A stretch of 64,000 bases of DNA from Elusimicrobiota bacterium (lineage in GTDB: Bacteria > Elusimicrobiota > Elusimicrobia > F11), in contig JBGAON010000002.1 in the NCBI GenBank assembly GCA_044221725.1, positions 64,001 through 128,000 on the forward strand, given 5' to 3'. The notes under the pieces are model-generated. The model saw only the letters and a program-made list of their open reading frames with translations. It searched no databases and had not been told where the DNA came from. The position numbers were made by a program, and so were the translations under genes. Below, piece by piece: positions 19,802 to 28,227 of the stretch (positions within the stretch are counted from its first letter, which is position 1; every line of letters begins with the position of its first letter).

Positions 19802-21355
19802 ATGAACCGTAACGTTCGTTTTGCGCTTTATGTCGCAGTGCTCGCCAGTTTTTCCTCCGCTGTCTTATTGGGGGAACAAAGTTGGATCGATAAATTCATT
19901 CCGAAAAAAGAACCGCAAGTCGTAAGCGGTGCCGCCCAGAAACCGCTGGTTGAACCACCGGCCAACGTTCTTGCGTTGCAAGATGCGTTCGCGAAAGTGG
20001 CGGACGCTGTAAAGCCCGCGGTCGTGAATATCTCTGCGGTCTCCATCGCTCGCGTTCAAGACGAGCAAATGCCCGAATTTTATTATGGCGATCCGGACGA
20101 CCTGTTTCGTCAATTCTTTGGCGGGCAAGGCCAATCCCCGCAGCGTCCCCGTTCGCGGGAATTCCGTCGAGAAGGAACGGGCTCGGGCGTTATCATTGAT
20201 CCCGACGGTTACATTCTTACCAACAACCATGTCGTGCAAGACGCTGATCAATTGACGGTGACTCTGTCGAACGAGAAACAATACAAAGGGAAAGTGGTGG
20301 GTACCGACGCGCGCACAGATTTGGCCGTCATCCGAATCAAAGGTCCGAGCGCTTTTCCGTTTGTGCCGCTCGCCGACTCATCGAAGACGCGCATCGGCGA
20401 TTGGGTGCTCGCGTTCGGTTCGCCGTTTGGACTGGAACAGACGGTAACCTCCGGCATTATTTCGGCGATTCGCCAGTCGCTCAGCATCGAAGGAAAAACT
20501 TTCCGAAATTTGCTTCAGACCGACGCGGCGATCAACCGCGGCAACTCTGGCGGTGCGCTCGTGAATATTCGTGGCGAGCTCGTGGGTATCAACACGGCGA
20601 TCTACGCGCCGACGGGTGTTTTCTCAGGCATTGGCTTTGCCATTCCGGTGAACGACGCGAAGGTCGTGCTCAAGCAGTTGATTGAAAAAGGTTTCGTGGA
20701 GCGCAGTTGGATGGGCGTTGAAATCGCGCCCCTCGACGATGTGATCGCCGGCCAATTCGGTTTGGGTTCCACGGACGGAGCGCTTGTGAATCACGTTGTT
20801 GATGGTTCACCGGCCGCCAAGGCGGGGATCGAGCGCGGGGATGTCATCATTGAATTCGCCGGTAAGAAAGTTATGACGGTGCAAGGACTTCAAGACGCGG
20901 TAAGCGCGACGCCTCCGGGAAAATCCGTTCCGGTAAAGATCATGCGAGATGGTCAAACAAAGTTTTTAAATCTGAAAACCGAGACCATGCCAAAAAATGC
21001 AGGAACGCCGCAGGAAGAATCGGAAGATCAGCCGGCGAAGCCGTCGGGTGGCACCGTAAGTTGGCTCGGCGCGTCATTCAACGACTTAACGCCCGCCACA
21101 AAGCAGCGGTATGGGCTAAAAGGCGACGGCACGCCAATCCACGGCGTGGTAATCACCGATGTTCCAGCGAACAGCTTGGCGGCGGATGCGGGGCTTCGAG
21201 AAGGCGACGTGTTGCGCTCGGTCAATCGAACCGAGCTTCAATCCACGAACCACCTCAAGAACCTGAAGTCAAAACTCGACGCAAAGAAAGGCCTCGTGTT
21301 TGACGTGGTTCGCCAGGGCCGTTCGTTCTACCTTAGTTACAAAAGTCTGCAGTAA
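19802..21355 (+). CDS. degP: DegP/HtrA (Do family) serine endoprotease with two PDZ domains
   Basis: Triad motifs TNNHVV, DLAVI, 'TDAAINRGNSGG'; two PDZ domains; N-terminal signal/anchor; AAGGAG upstream. Confidence 0.93.
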   Translation: MNRNVRFALYVAVLASFSSAVLLGEQSWIDKFIPKKEPQVVSGAAQKPLVEPPANVLALQDAFAKVADAVKPAVVNISAVSIARVQDEQMPEFYYGDPDDLFRQFFGGQGQSPQRPRSREFRREGTGSGVIIDPDGYILTNNHVVQDADQLTVTLSNEKQYKGKVVGTDARTDLAVIRIKGPSAFPFVPLADSSKTRIGDWVLAFGSPFGLEQTVTSGIISAIRQSLSIEGKTFRNLLQTDAAINRGNSGGALVNIRGELVGINTAIYAPTGVFSGIGFAIPVNDAKVVLKQLIEKGFVERSWMGVEIAPLDDVIAGQFGLGSTDGALVNHVVDGSPAAKAGIERGDVIIEFAGKKVMTVQGLQDAVSATPPGKSVPVKIMRDGQTKFLNLKTETMPKNAGTPQEESEDQPAKPSGGTVSWLGASFNDLTPATKQRYGLKGDGTPIHGVVITDVPANSLAADAGLREGDVLRSVNRTELQSTNHLKNLKSKLDAKKGLVFDVVRQGRSFYLSYKSLQ

Positions 21356-23053
21356 TTAACGGTTCGCGGGGCCTTTGTGCGTGAGAGCGCCTTCGCAGGC
21401 GGGGCCGACCAGTTGAGCGTACTTCCACAGCGCGCCCGCATTATAAACAGGTTTGCGCGGTTTCCATTTCTTAAGCCGTTTCTTAATTTCGGCCGCCGAC
21501 AAACGTACGTTTAATTTTCCTTTGATCGCATCGATCTCGATGATGTCGCCGTTGCGAACAGCCGCTATTGGGCCTCCCACTTGCGCTTCGGGTCCAACGT
21601 GGCCAATCATAAGACCGCGTGTTGCGCCGCTGAAACGTCCGTCGGTCAAAAGCGCGCAGTCGTAACCCAATCCTTGTCCGACGATCGCGGCCGTCACGCC
21701 CAACATTTCTCGCATGCCGGGGCCGCCTTTCGGTCCTTCGTAGCGGATGATCACGCAATCGCCGCGTTTGATTTTGTTGGCTTTGACCGCCGCGAACGCT
21801 GCATCTTCACCGTCGAACACTTTCGCTGGGCCAACGTGCACGCGCTTTTTGACACCGGCCACTTTGATGACCGCGCCTTCCGGAGCAAGATTGCCGCGCA
21901 GAATGACAAGGCCGCCAGTTTTGTCGAGCGCCTTATTGATGGGCAAGATAACGTCCTGGCCTTCTTTGAGCGTGACACCAGCCAAATTTTCTTTGATCGT
22001 CTTGCCGGTCACGGTCATGCAATCACCGTGCAGAAGCCCCGCGTCGAGCAAGACTTTCAGGATCGCCGGCACACCGCCCGCGTTGTACACGTCTTGCATC
22101 ACGTAGCGTCCGCCGGGTTTTAAGTCCGCAATCACCGGTGTGCGGTGGGAAATCTTTTGGATTTCTTCAAACGTAAGCTTGAGCCCCGCTTCGTTTGCTA
22201 GGGATGGTAGATGGAGCGCCGCATTCGTGGATCCGCCGGTAGCCGCCACAATGGTCACCGCGTTTTCGAGTGCTTTTTTCGTGACGATGTCGCGGGGACG
22301 AATACCTTTGCGAAGCAAGTTCATTGCCGCTTCGCCGCACTTTGTCGCGAACCGGTCGCGTTCCAAGTTTTCGGCGGGGGGGGCGCTCGAGAATGGAAGG
22401 GCCAAGCCAATTGCTTCGGCGACACACGCCATGGTGTTCGCCGTAAATTGCCCGCCGCAGGAACCTGCGCCTGGGCAAGCGGAACATTCCATTTCCAAAA
22501 GTTCTTTGTCGCTCATGTTGCCGGCCGCGTGCGCTCCGACGGCTTCGTACACATCTTGGATTGTCACGTCGTGACCTTGGTACTGGCCCGGTTTGATGGT
22601 TCCACCATAAAGGAAAACGGCTGGAACATTGAGGCGCAGCATAGCCATCATCATGCCGGGCAAAGATTTGTCGCAGCCGGCGAGCGCCACGAGCGCATCG
22701 TAGCAGTGCGCGCGCATCATAAGCTCGACCGAGTCCGCGATGACCTCGCGGCTGATCAATGATGCCTTCATCCCTTCGTGTCCCATCGCGATTCCGTCCG
22801 AAACCGCAATTGTTACGAATTCGCGCGGCGTGCCGCCCGCGTTAATAACGCCCAGTTTTGCGGCGGAGGCTTGGCGGTTCAGCGTCAAGTTGCACGGCGT
22901 CGCTTCGTTCCATGAACTGGCAACACCAACGAACGGACGTTTTAAATCTTCATCGCCCAATCCCATTGCGCGCAAGAATGCACGGTGCGGAGCGCGTTCG
23001 GCACCTTCGGTGACAGTTTTTGAATGTTTTTTGAGGCTTAAGTCGGTCGACAT
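21356..23053 (-). CDS. ilvD: Dihydroxy-acid dehydratase
   Basis: 'PCN', 'SDGIAMGHEGM', 'CDKSLPG', 'CGGQFTANTM', 'GGSTNA', 'GPGMREM', 'TDGRFSG'. ATG at 23053 has an AAGGAGA RBS. Confidence 0.97.
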   Translation of the reverse strand: MSTDLSLKKHSKTVTEGAERAPHRAFLRAMGLGDEDLKRPFVGVASSWNEATPCNLTLNRQASAAKLGVINAGGTPREFVTIAVSDGIAMGHEGMKASLISREVIADSVELMMRAHCYDALVALAGCDKSLPGMMMAMLRLNVPAVFLYGGTIKPGQYQGHDVTIQDVYEAVGAHAAGNMSDKELLEMECSACPGAGSCGGQFTANTMACVAEAIGLALPFSSAPPAENLERDRFATKCGEAAMNLLRKGIRPRDIVTKKALENAVTIVAATGGSTNAALHLPSLANEAGLKLTFEEIQKISHRTPVIADLKPGGRYVMQDVYNAGGVPAILKVLLDAGLLHGDCMTVTGKTIKENLAGVTLKEGQDVILPINKALDKTGGLVILRGNLAPEGAVIKVAGVKKRVHVGPAKVFDGEDAAFAAVKANKIKRGDCVIIRYEGPKGGPGMREMLGVTAAIVGQGLGYDCALLTDGRFSGATRGLMIGHVGPEAQVGGPIAAVRNGDIIEIDAIKGKLNVRLSAAEIKKRLKKWKPRKPVYNAGALWKYAQLVGPACEGALTHKGPANR

Positions 23054-23135
23054 GAATTTCTCCTTAAATGATCGTGACACGTAAATGATAGTTTTTTGCT
23101 AAAAAGAATGTCTCATTTTAAAGTCGGAGGACCCA

Positions 23136-23327
23136 ATGCCGAAAAAGCAGCCCGCGAAGAAAAAACTTGAGAAGAAAGCGCCGAAAGTTAAGAAGGTGAG
23201 GAAAAAGGCAGACTTGGACTTGGATGATGAGGACGATGTTGATGACGATTACGAAGGAGATGTCGGCGAAGAAGTGGATGAAGTAGGGGCCGAACCGGTT
23301 TATTCAAAAGAAGATGACGAATTGTAG
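23136..23327 (+). CDS. Small hypothetical protein, Lys-rich N-half and Asp/Glu-rich C-half
   Basis: 63-aa ORF with GGAGG RBS; fills the gap ahead of the epimerase operon. Confidence 0.7.
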   Translation: MPKKQPAKKKLEKKAPKVKKVRKKADLDLDDEDDVDDDYEGDVGEEVDEVGAEPVYSKEDDEL

Positions 23328-23345
23328 TTTGTTGCCACGCGCGTT

Positions 23346-24296
23346 GTGGCAACCATAGTTGTTACGGGCGCCGCGGGGTTCATTGGAATGTGGACCTGCG
23401 AAGCGCTTCTGAAGCAAGGGCATCGTGTTGTCGGTATCGACAACTTTAATTCCTATTACGATGTGAATTTGAAACGCGCGCGCGCGAAGCGGTTGGCCAA
23501 GAAAGTAAAAATTTCGGAGATTGATATCGCCAACCACGACGCGGTGAACGCGTTTTTTAAATCAAATCCCGCCGATAAAGTGGTGCACCTGGCCGGCCAA
23601 GCCGGTGTTCGCTATTCGCTTGAGAATCCGTATATCTATGAGCAGTCGAACAGTATGGGCACGCTGAACATCCTCGAGGCGTGTCACCGAAACAACATCA
23701 AATCGTTGGTGCTGGCTTCTTCCTCGTCAGTGTACGGCGGCAATACGAAAATTCCGTTTTCGGTTAGCGATGCGGTGGATACGCCGGTGTCGTTGTACGC
23801 GGCCACAAAACGCTACAACGAATTGTTGGCGTACACCTACCATCATTTGTACGGCATGCATTGCACGATCTTGCGATTCTTCACGGTGTACGGACCGTGG
23901 GGGCGGCCGGACATGGCGTATTTCACGTTCACAAAGTCAATTCTCGCGGGAGAAGAAATCCCCGTGTACAACAAAGGCAACATGAAGCGCGACTTCACGT
24001 ACGTGACGGACATTGTCGAAGGCGTATGCGCGGCCGTGGAAAAGGATTTTGAATACGAGATTTTCAATCTTGGGAATTCGCAGCCGGTAAATCTCGACAA
24101 TTTTGTGCGAACGATCGAAGGCGCGCTCGGCAAACAAGCGAAACGAAAAATGATGCCGATCCAGCCCGGTGATGTCCCGGAAACCTATGCGAACATTGAA
24201 CTGTCGCGCCGCAAGCTTGGCTTCGCACCGAAAGTAAAACTCGAAGACGGCATCCGCGAGTTTGTGAACTGGTACAAGACCTACTACCGGGTCTAA
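23346..24296 (+). CDS. NAD-dependent epimerase (UDP-glucuronate 4-epimerase-like)
   Basis: 'VTGAAGFIG', 'HLAGQAGVRYSLENP', 'SSSSVYG', 'YAATK', 'RFFTVYGPWGRPDMA', 'QPGDV'. Confidence 0.9.
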   Translation: MATIVVTGAAGFIGMWTCEALLKQGHRVVGIDNFNSYYDVNLKRARAKRLAKKVKISEIDIANHDAVNAFFKSNPADKVVHLAGQAGVRYSLENPYIYEQSNSMGTLNILEACHRNNIKSLVLASSSSVYGGNTKIPFSVSDAVDTPVSLYAATKRYNELLAYTYHHLYGMHCTILRFFTVYGPWGRPDMAYFTFTKSILAGEEIPVYNKGNMKRDFTYVTDIVEGVCAAVEKDFEYEIFNLGNSQPVNLDNFVRTIEGALGKQAKRKMMPIQPGDVPETYANIELSRRKLGFAPKVKLEDGIREFVNWYKTYYRV

Positions 24297-24299
24297 CGC

Positions 24300-25706
24300 G
24301 TGACGATTTCCTTAAGTTTTTTCGGTGCGGCCGACGAGGTCACCGGCTCCCGCCACTTGCTCACCTGTAACAATCAGCGGATTCTGCTCGATTGCGGCTT
24401 GTTTCAAGGGCATCGCCGGGAAGCCATCGAAAAAAACAAATCGTTTCCGTTTGACGCAAAAAAAATATCGACGGTTTTGTTGTCGCACGCGCACATCGAT
24501 CATTCGGGCGGCTTGCCGATGTTAACGAAAGCGGGTTTTAATAATCCCATCCATTCGACGTTACCCACCGCTGATTTGTGCCGTTTTATGTTGATTGATT
24601 CCGCGCATCTTCAGGAAGAGGACGCGAAATTTTTCAACAAGATTCATGCGGCCGACGGAGAAACGATCGAACCGTTGTACACTCAGGCGGATGCCGAGGC
24701 TGCGAACGCCCTTTTTAACCCCCATGGTTACAACGATATGTTTTCGCTTGGCGCGGGCGTCGGCGCACGGTTCTTAAACGCGGGACACGTGCTGGGTTCG
24801 GCGATGGTGCAATTGGAACTCGATACGCCGAAGGGGAAAAAGCGAGTTCTGTTCACCGGCGACCTGGGACGCCGGAAAGCCTTGTTGATGAATCCGCCGG
24901 AGATCCCGAATCCAACCGATATTTTGATCATCGAAAGTACGTACGGCGATCGAACTCATCCGCCGCTAACGAACATTGAGGAGACGTTCGCGACACTGAT
25001 TAAGCGCGCGATCGCCGAGCACGGGAAAATTTTAATTCCAAGTTTTGCGCTTGAGCGCACGCAAGAAATCGCTTTCATCTTGGAGCGGTTGCGCAAAACA
25101 AACCGCATTCCACCCATTCATATTTATGTGGATAGCCCGATGGCCGTGAACATCACCGAGATTTTCCAGAAACATTTGGATTGTTATTGTTTGGCGCCGG
25201 ATTTCCAACGCTACGCCGAGAAAGTAGGGGATCCGTTTGGTTTCGAAACGATCCGTTACGTCCGTACCGTGGAAGAATCAAAGAGCCTCAATAACGTGAA
25301 AGGGCCGCATATTATTATCTCGGCGTCCGGAATGTGCGAAGGCGGCCGCATCTTGCATCACCTGCGTAACAACATTGGACTCGACAACACAACCGTTTTG
25401 CTTGTCGGTTACCAAGCCCAAGGAACCTTGGGCCGGCGACTTCAAGAGGGCGCAAAAAAAGTAAGAATTTTCGGCCTGCAACACGACGTGCGCGCGCGCA
25501 TCGAAACGATGCACAATTTCTCGGCGCATGCCGATCAAGACGATTTAATTTGGTTTATCAAAGGGATGGATCCGCGGCCGCAGCAAATTTTTCTCGTGCA
25601 CGGTGACGACGAAGACCGAAAGGCGTTCGCGGGAAAATTGAAATCGTTGGGCATCGACCGCGTGCAGACACCGATGTTCGGGCAGCAATTTCCGCTTTTC
25701 CAATGA
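24300..25706 (+). CDS. MBL-fold beta-CASP metallo-hydrolase (putative RNase)
   Basis: 'EVTGSRH', 'DCGLFQG', 'SHAHIDHSG', 'ESTYGDR', 'SASGMCEGGRI', 'FSAHADQ'. Confidence 0.92.
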   Translation: MTISLSFFGAADEVTGSRHLLTCNNQRILLDCGLFQGHRREAIEKNKSFPFDAKKISTVLLSHAHIDHSGGLPMLTKAGFNNPIHSTLPTADLCRFMLIDSAHLQEEDAKFFNKIHAADGETIEPLYTQADAEAANALFNPHGYNDMFSLGAGVGARFLNAGHVLGSAMVQLELDTPKGKKRVLFTGDLGRRKALLMNPPEIPNPTDILIIESTYGDRTHPPLTNIEETFATLIKRAIAEHGKILIPSFALERTQEIAFILERLRKTNRIPPIHIYVDSPMAVNITEIFQKHLDCYCLAPDFQRYAEKVGDPFGFETIRYVRTVEESKSLNNVKGPHIIISASGMCEGGRILHHLRNNIGLDNTTVLLVGYQAQGTLGRRLQEGAKKVRIFGLQHDVRARIETMHNFSAHADQDDLIWFIKGMDPRPQQIFLVHGDDEDRKAFAGKLKSLGIDRVQTPMFGQQFPLFQ

Positions 25707-27529
25707 TTATCTTAGGAATCTCCGCTTTTTATCACGATAGCGCCGCCTGTATCCTCAAGGACGGCGAAATCCTGTTTGCCGCGCAAGAAGAGCGTTACAC
25801 GCGCATCAAACACGATCGTAATTTCCCGGTGAACGCGATCGCGCAGGGCTTGAAACAGACCGGACTCACCTTCAAAGACATCGACTACGTTTCCTATTAC
25901 GACAAGCCGCTCCTCACGTTCGAGCGCTTGTTTGAGACGTGGTTGGCGTTCGCGCCGCAGGGCTTGCGTGCGTTCATGACAGCCCTGCCGGTGTGGCTTA
26001 ACGAAAAACTGTTTCTCTCGAAAGAAATCGACAAGGGTTTGAGCAACGAATATTCAGGCCCGCTGCAATACATGCGTCATCACCAATCGCATGCGGCGTC
26101 CGCGTTTTATCCATCGCCGTTTCAAGAAGCGGCTGTGCTCACGATCGATGGCGTCGGCGAATGGAGCACAACGACGATCGGAATGGGGCACGATCATCGG
26201 CTGGAACTATTAAAGGAAATTCGTTTTCCGCATTCGCTCGGACTTCTCTACAGCGCGTTCACGTATTACCTCGGTTTTCGAGTGAATTCCGGTGAATACA
26301 AAGTGATGGGTTTGGCGCCGTACGGTACCCCGCGCTTCGCGGATTTGATTCATAAACACCTGATCGATCTGAAACCGGACGGATCGTTCTGGATGGACAT
26401 GAATTATTTTAATTATTGCCAGGGCCTGACGATGACGAACGAGAAATTTCATGATTTGTTTGGCGGCGCTCCGCGATCGCCGGAATCGCCGTTGTCGCAA
26501 CGTGAAATGGATTTGGCGGCGTCCGTGCAAAAGGTGTGCGAAGACGTGATGCTCGCGCTCGCGCGGCACGCTAAGAAAATTACCGGTTCTGATTATTTGA
26601 CGATGGCGGGTGGCTGCGCGCTCAATTGCGTGGCGAACGGACTCATCTCGAAAGAAAAAATCTTTAAACGCATTTTCATTCAGCCGGCGGCCGGAGATGC
26701 CGGTGGAAGTTTGGGGGCCGCGCTTTTGTCCTGGCACGAAGTGCTCGGTAACAAGCGCGTCGCGCTAGCGAACGATTCTCAGAAAGGAAGTTATCTTGGG
26801 CAGGCGTATAAAGACGATGAGATCACACCGTTTTTGAATCGGGCGAAGGCGCCTTACACGAAATTCAGCGATAGTGAATTCCCGGATCGTGTGGCCGATG
26901 AACTCGCGGCCGGGAAGGTGGTGGGATTTTTTCACGGCCGCATGGAGTTTGGTCCGCGCGCGCTCGGCGGTCGCAGCATTATTGGCGATCCGCGCCGCAC
27001 GGACATGCAGGCGAAAATGAATTTGAAAATCAAGTTTCGCGAGTCGTTCCGGCCGTTTGCACCGGTCGTGCTCGAAGAAAAAGCGACGGAATATTTCGAT
27101 TTGAAAGAAGAGAGCCCCTATATGTTGCTCGTGGCGCCGGTTCAAGAAACACACCGGAATCCGAACGCTCCCGCCGAATCAAAAGGAAAAACCGGAATTG
27201 AATTGCTTAATTTAAAGCGTTCGGATGTTCCGGCCATCACGCATGTGGATTACAGCGCGCGCGTACAGACGCTCACGAAAGAGCGAAACGGTATGTTCTA
27301 TTCGGTGGCCGAAGCGTTCAACAAGAAAACGGGATGCCCGGTCCTCATCAACACGAGTTTCAATATTCGTGGGGAACCGATCGTGAACACGCCCGAAGAT
27401 GCCTACCGCTGCTTTATGTACACGGACATGGATGTGCTTGTGCTCGGAAATTGCATTTTGCTGAAAGAAGAACAGCCGCCGATGCCCGGTGCCGACGAAT
27501 ACAAAAGGAAATTCACAAAGGCCGACTGA
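25703..27529 (+). CDS. O-carbamoyltransferase (NodU/CmcH/SxtI family)
   Basis: 'ILGISAFYHDSAA', 'HHQSHAASAF', 'DGVGEW', 'EYKVMGLAPYG', 'EFGPRALG', 'RESFRPFAP', 'NTSFNIRGEP'. Confidence 0.95.
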   Translation: MIILGISAFYHDSAACILKDGEILFAAQEERYTRIKHDRNFPVNAIAQGLKQTGLTFKDIDYVSYYDKPLLTFERLFETWLAFAPQGLRAFMTALPVWLNEKLFLSKEIDKGLSNEYSGPLQYMRHHQSHAASAFYPSPFQEAAVLTIDGVGEWSTTTIGMGHDHRLELLKEIRFPHSLGLLYSAFTYYLGFRVNSGEYKVMGLAPYGTPRFADLIHKHLIDLKPDGSFWMDMNYFNYCQGLTMTNEKFHDLFGGAPRSPESPLSQREMDLAASVQKVCEDVMLALARHAKKITGSDYLTMAGGCALNCVANGLISKEKIFKRIFIQPAAGDAGGSLGAALLSWHEVLGNKRVALANDSQKGSYLGQAYKDDEITPFLNRAKAPYTKFSDSEFPDRVADELAAGKVVGFFHGRMEFGPRALGGRSIIGDPRRTDMQAKMNLKIKFRESFRPFAPVVLEEKATEYFDLKEESPYMLLVAPVQETHRNPNAPAESKGKTGIELLNLKRSDVPAITHVDYSARVQTLTKERNGMFYSVAEAFNKKTGCPVLINTSFNIRGEPIVNTPEDAYRCFMYTDMDVLVLGNCILLKEEQPPMPGADEYKRKFTKAD

Positions 27530-27530
27530 C

Positions 27531-27941
27531 ATGACACCGAAAATTAACTGGCAACCGTCGAACACCGATATTCGGAAATTCGGAAAAACGGTTTTAATAG
27601 GCTTCTTAATCATTGGTGCGCTTTTCTTCTGGCGCGGGCGTCGTCCTGTGGCGGAGATCATGGTTGGCGTGTCGGCCGTTGTCGCGGTTCTTTCTTATGC
27701 GGTGCCCGCTCTTGCGAAGCCGTTTTACTTTGTGTGGATGGGTTTCGGATTCGTTATGGGTTCGATCATGTCGCGCGTTATCCTCGCGATTATTTTTTAC
27801 GCTATCATCTCGCCGGTCGCGCTCGTGTTTCGTCTCATCGGCCGCGATGAACTGAAAAGAAAAAAAACGTCATCCGCAACGACGTATTGGGAAGACCACC
27901 CAAAGATTACCGATCCTGAGTACTACGAACATTTGTTTTAA
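27531..27941 (+). CDS. SxtJ-family membrane protein
   Basis: 'IRKFG', 'WMGFG..MG.IMSRVIL.IIFY.IISP', 'TTYW', C-terminal 'YYEHLF'; directly follows the carbamoyltransferase. Confidence 0.85.
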   Translation: MTPKINWQPSNTDIRKFGKTVLIGFLIIGALFFWRGRRPVAEIMVGVSAVVAVLSYAVPALAKPFYFVWMGFGFVMGSIMSRVILAIIFYAIISPVALVFRLIGRDELKRKKTSSATTYWEDHPKITDPEYYEHLF

Positions 27942-27950
27942 GGAGAATTT

Positions 27951-28109
27951 ATGGCTAACCGAACCACCTTGCTGGGCGAGTTTTGGTTGTTTCTTAAAAA
28001 CAACAAGAAATGGTGGCTTCTGCCGATTGTGATCGTCACGTTGTTGCTTGGCGCACTGATATTTTTCTCAAGCACGCCCGCGGCACCCTTTATCTATACG
28101 CTGTTTTAA
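27951..28109 (+). CDS. Small membrane protein, SxtK-like (DUF5989)
   Basis: Not in the ORF track (52 aa): MANRTTLLGEFWLFLKNNKKWWLLPIVIVTLLLGALIFFSSTPAAPFIYTLF, with AAGGAG RBS and the KKWWLLP and APFIYTLF signatures. Confidence 0.9.
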   Translation: MANRTTLLGEFWLFLKNNKKWWLLPIVIVTLLLGALIFFSSTPAAPFIYTLF

Positions 28110-28142
28110 TTGCACCGCGTTTTAAGCGTATTTTTATTTCCT

Positions 28143-28164
28143 AATGTAACGAAATCGTTACATT
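28143..28164. promoter_or_regulatory. 22-bp dyad (putative transcription-factor operator)
   Basis: AATGTAACGA-aa-TCGTTACATT with perfect 10-bp arms, in an AT-rich intergenic region 63 nt before the 1421-aa ORF. Confidence 0.6.
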
Positions 28165-28227
28165 GTTATAGAGCAAATTAACTCCCGCTAAAGGGCGTTT
28201 TAAGCTGAGATTAATAGAATTTCTCCT

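Noticed and set aside
23313..23327. C-terminal DDEL resembling a eukaryotic ER-retention signal
   Set aside because: The protein has no signal peptide and the tail is Asp/Glu-rich throughout, so this is likely chance.
25703..28109. Saxitoxin biosynthesis
   Set aside because: Only the widespread sxtI/J/K-like trio is present; no sxtA, sxtG or other pathway genes are in the window.
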